A stretch of 64,000 nt of DNA from an uncultured Gammaproteobacteria bacterium (GTDB lineage: Bacteria; Pseudomonadota; Gammaproteobacteria; Magnimaribacterales; TMED112). The notes beneath the pieces are model-generated. The model was not told where the DNA came from, did not search any database, and saw nothing but the letters and a program-made list of their open reading frames with translations. The position numbers were made by a program, and so were the translations under genes. Position 1 is the first letter of the stretch, and each line of letters begins with the position of its first letter. Shown here in pieces: positions 59,717 to 64,000 of the stretch. The DNA lies in NCBI GenBank assembly GCA_913020145.1, contig CAJWAI010000003.1:1243-65242 (forward strand). The letters are read 5' to 3'.

Positions 59717-61983
59717 TGATTCGAGACTTCTTTCAAAAAATAATTAGTCACAAATATTTATTTTTATTTGGATTATTTCTACTCTTAGGCACTTCTTTAC
59801 TTGGGTTAAATAATTTTAGATTTGATGCTTCGTCTGAGACTTTAGTTCTTGATAGTGACGCTGATTATCAAATCTATAATCAAATAAACGATGAATTCGG
59901 CACTTCAGAATACGTAATCTTAGCAATTAAAAATGACCAGATGTTTTCTCAAGAAACATTAATTCAACTAAAAGCTATACAAGATAAACTCCTTGCTTTA
60001 GAAGTCGTAAGTGATGTTGTGTCAATCTTAGATGCACCTATATTTGAACAACCAAAGGTATCTTTAATTAAATCAGCCGATAACGATAAGTATTTGTTAA
60101 TCGATAAACTTGATTTAGATAAAGCAAAACATGAATTGAGCACAAGCCCAATTTTTAATGAGTTAGTAATTAGCAAAAATGGTGAAGTTACAGCTATGCA
60201 GATCAACTTATATGATAGAGATGATTATTCACAAGCTGTAGCTGAAATAAGAGCTATTATTAATAGCAATCAGACATTTGAAATGCATCTAGCTGGCCCA
60301 GCAATGATAGTGGTCGATACAATAGATTTTATTAAAGCTGATGTGAACACATTCGGCACTCTAACTGTAATTATATTTTTCATATTGCTTACTTTATTTT
60401 TTAGAGACCTTTGGTCAGTATCAGTAGTTATATTAAATGCCGGCTTAGTTATGCTTTTTACGATGGGCATTTTAGGCTTGTTCGATTGGCCAATAAGCAT
60501 AGTCTCTTCAAATTTTCTTGCTCTTTTGTTGATTGCATCAATTGCGATATCAATTCACATTCTTGTTAAAGTTCAAGATGGTATTGAAGAGGGCATTACC
60601 AACGCTGAATCATTTTCAAAAATTATTACACCATGTTTCTATGCAGCTTTGACAACAGCTGTAGGATTTTTATCTCTAATTTTAAGTGACATTAAGCCTG
60701 TAATTGATTTCGGAAAAATGATGGCTGTTGGAGTTTGCTTAAATTTCTTCGTATCATTTATTTTTATTCCCTGCACTCTAGCCATTAGAAATATAACAGC
60801 GAATAAAAATAAGAGTCTAGTGCCTTTTTTCTATAACAATATTTATTTAACAGGTAGAAGCTTGATTAGAAAATTTTATCTTCCAATTCTTTTAATTAGT
60901 TTTCCTTTATTCTTTTATTTCAGCTCGAATCTAAAAGTTGAGAATAAATTTATTGATTACTTCAATGAAAATACTGAGATCTATCAGGGTATGTCTTTGA
61001 TAGATGATAAATTGGGAGGCACAACTCCAATAGAAGTAATTTTAGAGTTACCCGAAGAAGAATTTTACATCGATGAAGATGATCTTTTTTTTAGTGAAGG
61101 TTCAGAAACAGTCACTTATTGGTGGCGTGAAAAGAACATGGATATTTTAGAAGAAATTCAAGAAGGTTTAACTGAATTTGATGCTTTAGGGAAAGCTTTA
61201 AGTCTAGTAAATGGAGTCCAACTAGCTGAAAGATTAAATGATGGCAATGAAATTGGCGATTTAGAGCTGGCATTTGTAAAAAATTCTTTGATTGAAAGCG
61301 AGAAAGCTAAAGATCTATTAAATGAATTCATCTCAGAAGATGAGAGAAGTGCAAGAATAACAATCAGAACGATTGATTCATTTGACGGCATAAATCGAAA
61401 TCAACTTCTATTAGATGTAGATAATTTTCTTTCTGAAACATTATCTGATACTGACGTCAGTTATACCGTAAGTGGTCTAGGAGTTTTATATAACAACTTG
61501 TTGCAGAGCTTATTCAGCTCACAAATAAAAACTATATCTTTGGTTTTCGCAGCAATTTTTTTAATGCTATTGGTCTTATTTAGATCATTTTTAAATGCAT
61601 TATTTATTATTGTTGTACCAGCATTTTCTGTTGGCGTTGTTCTTTCTTTAATGAGCATATTCAATATTCCGTTAGATATCATGACTATTACAATTGCATC
61701 TATATCAGTTGGAATGTCTGTCGATTATTCGATACATTTTGCTTGGAGATATCTACAAGAGAGAAAAAAATCACAAGAAAATAGTGAAAAAGAAACAATC
61801 TATTCTACTGGTAGAGCTATATTGATTACAGGACTAACAATTATCGTAGGATTTTTAATCTTCATGTTCTCTAATTTTAATCCTACAGTTTTATTTGGTA
61901 TTTTTTCAGCGCTTGCAATTTATATAAGTATGGTGATGTCATTCCGTTTTTTACCTGCGCTTTTGGATTTAAATTTTAAATAA
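59716..61983 (+). CDS. MMPL/RND-superfamily transporter (HpnN/MmpL-like, sterol-sensing-domain type)
   Basis: 755 aa. Topology is 1 TM, large loop, 5 TM, repeated twice. The last TM bundle carries SVGMSVDYSIHFAWRY. Confidence 0.75.
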   Translation: MIRDFFQKIISHKYLFLFGLFLLLGTSLLGLNNFRFDASSETLVLDSDADYQIYNQINDEFGTSEYVILAIKNDQMFSQETLIQLKAIQDKLLALEVVSDVVSILDAPIFEQPKVSLIKSADNDKYLLIDKLDLDKAKHELSTSPIFNELVISKNGEVTAMQINLYDRDDYSQAVAEIRAIINSNQTFEMHLAGPAMIVVDTIDFIKADVNTFGTLTVIIFFILLTLFFRDLWSVSVVILNAGLVMLFTMGILGLFDWPISIVSSNFLALLLIASIAISIHILVKVQDGIEEGITNAESFSKIITPCFYAALTTAVGFLSLILSDIKPVIDFGKMMAVGVCLNFFVSFIFIPCTLAIRNITANKNKSLVPFFYNNIYLTGRSLIRKFYLPILLISFPLFFYFSSNLKVENKFIDYFNENTEIYQGMSLIDDKLGGTTPIEVILELPEEEFYIDEDDLFFSEGSETVTYWWREKNMDILEEIQEGLTEFDALGKALSLVNGVQLAERLNDGNEIGDLELAFVKNSLIESEKAKDLLNEFISEDERSARITIRTIDSFDGINRNQLLLDVDNFLSETLSDTDVSYTVSGLGVLYNNLLQSLFSSQIKTISLVFAAIFLMLLVLFRSFLNALFIIVVPAFSVGVVLSLMSIFNIPLDIMTITIASISVGMSVDYSIHFAWRYLQERKKSQENSEKETIYSTGRAILITGLTIIVGFLIFMFSNFNPTVLFGIFSALAIYISMVMSFRFLPALLDLNFK

Positions 61984-62754
61984 AACTTTAAAATTATTTG
62001 TAGTTAAATTTCCTAATTTGTCCTCTGAAATATCTAGCTCTTTAGCTATAACAGATAGAATATGATTAAGGTACTTCGGTTCGTTCCGATTATTTTTTAC
62101 TTTGGTCTTTAAATCTTTAGGTAATAAGTATGGAGCATCAGTTTCAATTAACATTCTATCTATAGGAATGTATTTCAATAAACTTTTAACTTCATTACCT
62201 CTCTTAGGGTCACAAATCCATCCAGTAATACCTATATAAAGACCTAAATCAAGAAAACTTTTTAATTCTTCTTTGGTGCCTGTAAAACAATGGACGATGC
62301 TTGGAGACAAGTGATCTATGGCATTGTTTAAAATTGGATAAAAGTCGGAAAAAGCATCTCTATGATGTAAAAAGGCTGGCAGTTTAGTTTCTACAGCAAG
62401 CTCTAGCAAAGCTTCAAAGCATTTCTTTTGTATATTATGACTTTGAAAGTTTCTAAAATAATCTAAACCTATTTCTCCGATTGCTTTTACAGAATTATGG
62501 CTAGCATACTGTTTTAAATTTTTATAGGTTCCAGGTTTTAGTTCAGAAGAGTAATGTGGATGTATTCCCACTCCAGCAAATATATTTTCTGGAAATTTTT
62601 CGCATGTTTTTAGTATATCCTCAATCTCTATTTCTCTTGATGCAGGACAAAAAAGATATTCAATATTAGAAGAGATTGAATCATCAATGACCAAATCTAA
62701 GTCATTTTTAAAACTATCATGTGTGAAATTGAAACAACTATCTGCTAATAACAT
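61969..62754 (-). CDS. TatD-family metal-dependent hydrolase/DNase
   Basis: GVGIHPH, AIGEIGLDY, FLHHRDA, VHCFTG, IETDAPYL. Confidence 0.88.
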   Translation of the reverse strand: MLLADSCFNFTHDSFKNDLDLVIDDSISSNIEYLFCPASREIEIEDILKTCEKFPENIFAGVGIHPHYSSELKPGTYKNLKQYASHNSVKAIGEIGLDYFRNFQSHNIQKKCFEALLELAVETKLPAFLHHRDAFSDFYPILNNAIDHLSPSIVHCFTGTKEELKSFLDLGLYIGITGWICDPKRGNEVKSLLKYIPIDRMLIETDAPYLLPKDLKTKVKNNRNEPKYLNHILSVIAKELDISEDKLGNLTTNNFKVLFKI

Positions 62755-63639
62755 TTGAAATTAATTTTGATAAACTCTAACCTAGTCCAAATGAGATTCC
62801 AAGGAACAAAAAAATATATAGCATCAGATGACTTGAAGTTAGCGGTTGATGCTGCTCTAAATCTAGAGAAACCCCTGTTAATAAAGGGAGAGCCTGGTAC
62901 AGGTAAAACTATGCTTGCAGTTGAGGCTGCAGATGCTCTAGGAATGCGTTTAATTGAGTGGCACATCAAATCAACAACAAAAGCTACACAAGGCTTATAT
63001 GAATATGATGCAGTATCAAGATTAAGAGATTCACAATTAGGCGATGAGAAGGTTAAAGATGTTGCAAACTATATTGTTAAAGGAAAACTTTGGGATGCAT
63101 TTACTTCAGAAGAACAAGTCGTGCTTTTAGTTGATGAGATAGACAAAGCTGATATTGAATTCCCAAATGACTTATTGCAAGAGTTAGACAGAATGGAATT
63201 CTATTGCTACGAGCTAGACAAGACTATAAAAGCTAAAAAAAGACCATTGGTGATAATCACATCAAACAATGAAAAAGATTTACCAGATGCATTCTTAAGA
63301 AGATGTTTTTTTCACTATATAGCATTCCCTGATAGAGAGGGATTAGAAAAAATTGTGAACGTCCATATACCTAAAATCAAAAAGAAACTTCTTAAAGATG
63401 CGTTTGATGTATTCTTTGATATAAGAAAAGTTCCAGGACTTAAAAAGAAACCATCAACTTCTGAATTAATCGATTGGTTAAAGCTGATAGTGTCCGATGA
63501 TTTAGCTCAAGAGGTGCTTGCTTCTGATCAAAGTAAATTAATCCCTCCATTATATGGAGCATTAATAAAAAACGAACAGGACGTTGAATTATTGCAACGT
63601 CTTGCTTTTATGAGCAGAAGAGATTCAAGTGTTAATTAA
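62755..63639 (+). CDS. MoxR-like AAA+ ATPase (AAA_5 type)
   Basis: Walker A GEPGTGKT, Walker B LLVDEIDKA, ITSNNEKDLPDAFLRRC. The likely real start is the ATG at 62791 (MRFQGTKKY). Confidence 0.85.
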   Translation: MKLILINSNLVQMRFQGTKKYIASDDLKLAVDAALNLEKPLLIKGEPGTGKTMLAVEAADALGMRLIEWHIKSTTKATQGLYEYDAVSRLRDSQLGDEKVKDVANYIVKGKLWDAFTSEEQVVLLVDEIDKADIEFPNDLLQELDRMEFYCYELDKTIKAKKRPLVIITSNNEKDLPDAFLRRCFFHYIAFPDREGLEKIVNVHIPKIKKKLLKDAFDVFFDIRKVPGLKKKPSTSELIDWLKLIVSDDLAQEVLASDQSKLIPPLYGALIKNEQDVELLQRLAFMSRRDSSVN

Positions 63640-64000
63640 TCTTTTTAACACAGTAAGAGCATATGGAATACCAGCAAGTGTTAGGGAATTTCTAGATCTA
63701 TTAAATGCACTTGAGAAAAAAATAGTTTTTGCTGATTGGAATGAATTTTACTATCTATCAAGATCTGTTTTAGTTAAAGATGAAAAGTACTTTGATAAAT
63801 TTGATAGAGCCTTCGATATCTATTTTAGAGGTATTGAAAATTTAGATGACATTTTTAAAACCATAATTCCAGATGAATGGTTAAGAGAGCAATTTAAAAA
63901 GAATCTATCCTCAGAAGATCTTAAAAAAATTAAGGATTTAGGTGGCTTAGAGAAATTAATGGAAGAATTTAAGAAGCGTCTTGAAGAACAAAAGAAAGCT
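63629..64000 (+). CDS. VWA-domain (CoxE-like) partner of the MoxR ATPase, partial (continues past window end)
   Basis: Not in the ORF track (no stop in window). My translation from the GTG at 63629 gives (M)LINLFNTVRAYGIPASVREFLDLLNALEKKIVFADWNEFYYLSRSVLVKDEKYFDKFDRAF..., the typical N-terminus of CoxE-like VWA proteins. It overlaps the ATPase gene by 11 nt. Confidence 0.65.
   Translation, partial: MLINLFNTVRAYGIPASVREFLDLLNALEKKIVFADWNEFYYLSRSVLVKDEKYFDKFDRAFDIYFRGIENLDDIFKTIIPDEWLREQFKKNLSSEDLKKIKDLGGLEKLMEEFKKRLEEQKKA

Noticed and set aside
1-64000. Search for CRISPR arrays, insertion sequences, integrases, phage or toxin-antitoxin and other defence modules
   Set aside because: There are no regularly spaced direct repeats, no transposase, integrase or recombinase-like ORFs, and no unassigned multi-gene block typical of defence islands. 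The unassigned ORFs are isolated single genes.

Overview
This is a 64-kb chromosomal window from a low-GC, very compact genome. Conserved gene orders point to a gammaproteobacterium: lon-hupB-ppiD, purM-purN opposite a secreted protein plus hda, dnaX-recR, and gloB opposite rnhA-dnaQ. A proteorhodopsin gene, two TonB-dependent receptors and near-zero intergenic spacing fit a streamlined marine bacterioplankter such as SAR86; that assignment is inference only. I support about 65 CDS, 6 tRNA genes (Val-TAC, Asp-GTC, Pro-TGG, Arg-TCT, His-GTG, Ala-GGC), four rho-independent terminators, a few promoter or 5'UTR elements and one short tandem repeat. I saw no rRNA, CRISPR array, transposase, integrase or phage genes. 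The most interesting content is envelope-related. (1) A seven-gene operon starts 11 nt after tRNA-Asp and encodes two ArnT-like GT-C transferases, two PAP2 phosphatases and one ArnC/GtrB-like GT2, a candidate system for dephosphorylating and glycosylating lipid A. (2) A plcP-agt phosphorus-sparing lipid-renovation pair is fused into one operon with a rhomboid protease, BolA and an MMPL/RND transporter. (3) A 1.75-kb proteorhodopsin islet lies between tRNA-Val and tRNA-Asp, bounded by an exact 11-nt repeat of the tRNA-Val 3' end. (4) A TonB receptor / DASS symporter / periplasmic gamma-glutamyltransferase operon carries an internal attenuator hairpin. Other observations are a FabY-class ketosynthase, an in-frame A-AAA-AAG slippery site in dnaX, a ROSE-like thermometer hairpin upstream of ibpA, CDS starts 8-11 nt after tRNA 3' ends, and overlapping 3' ends at 11 of 12 convergent CDS-CDS junctions. 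All functional calls rest on motif recognition in the supplied translations. No database search was run.
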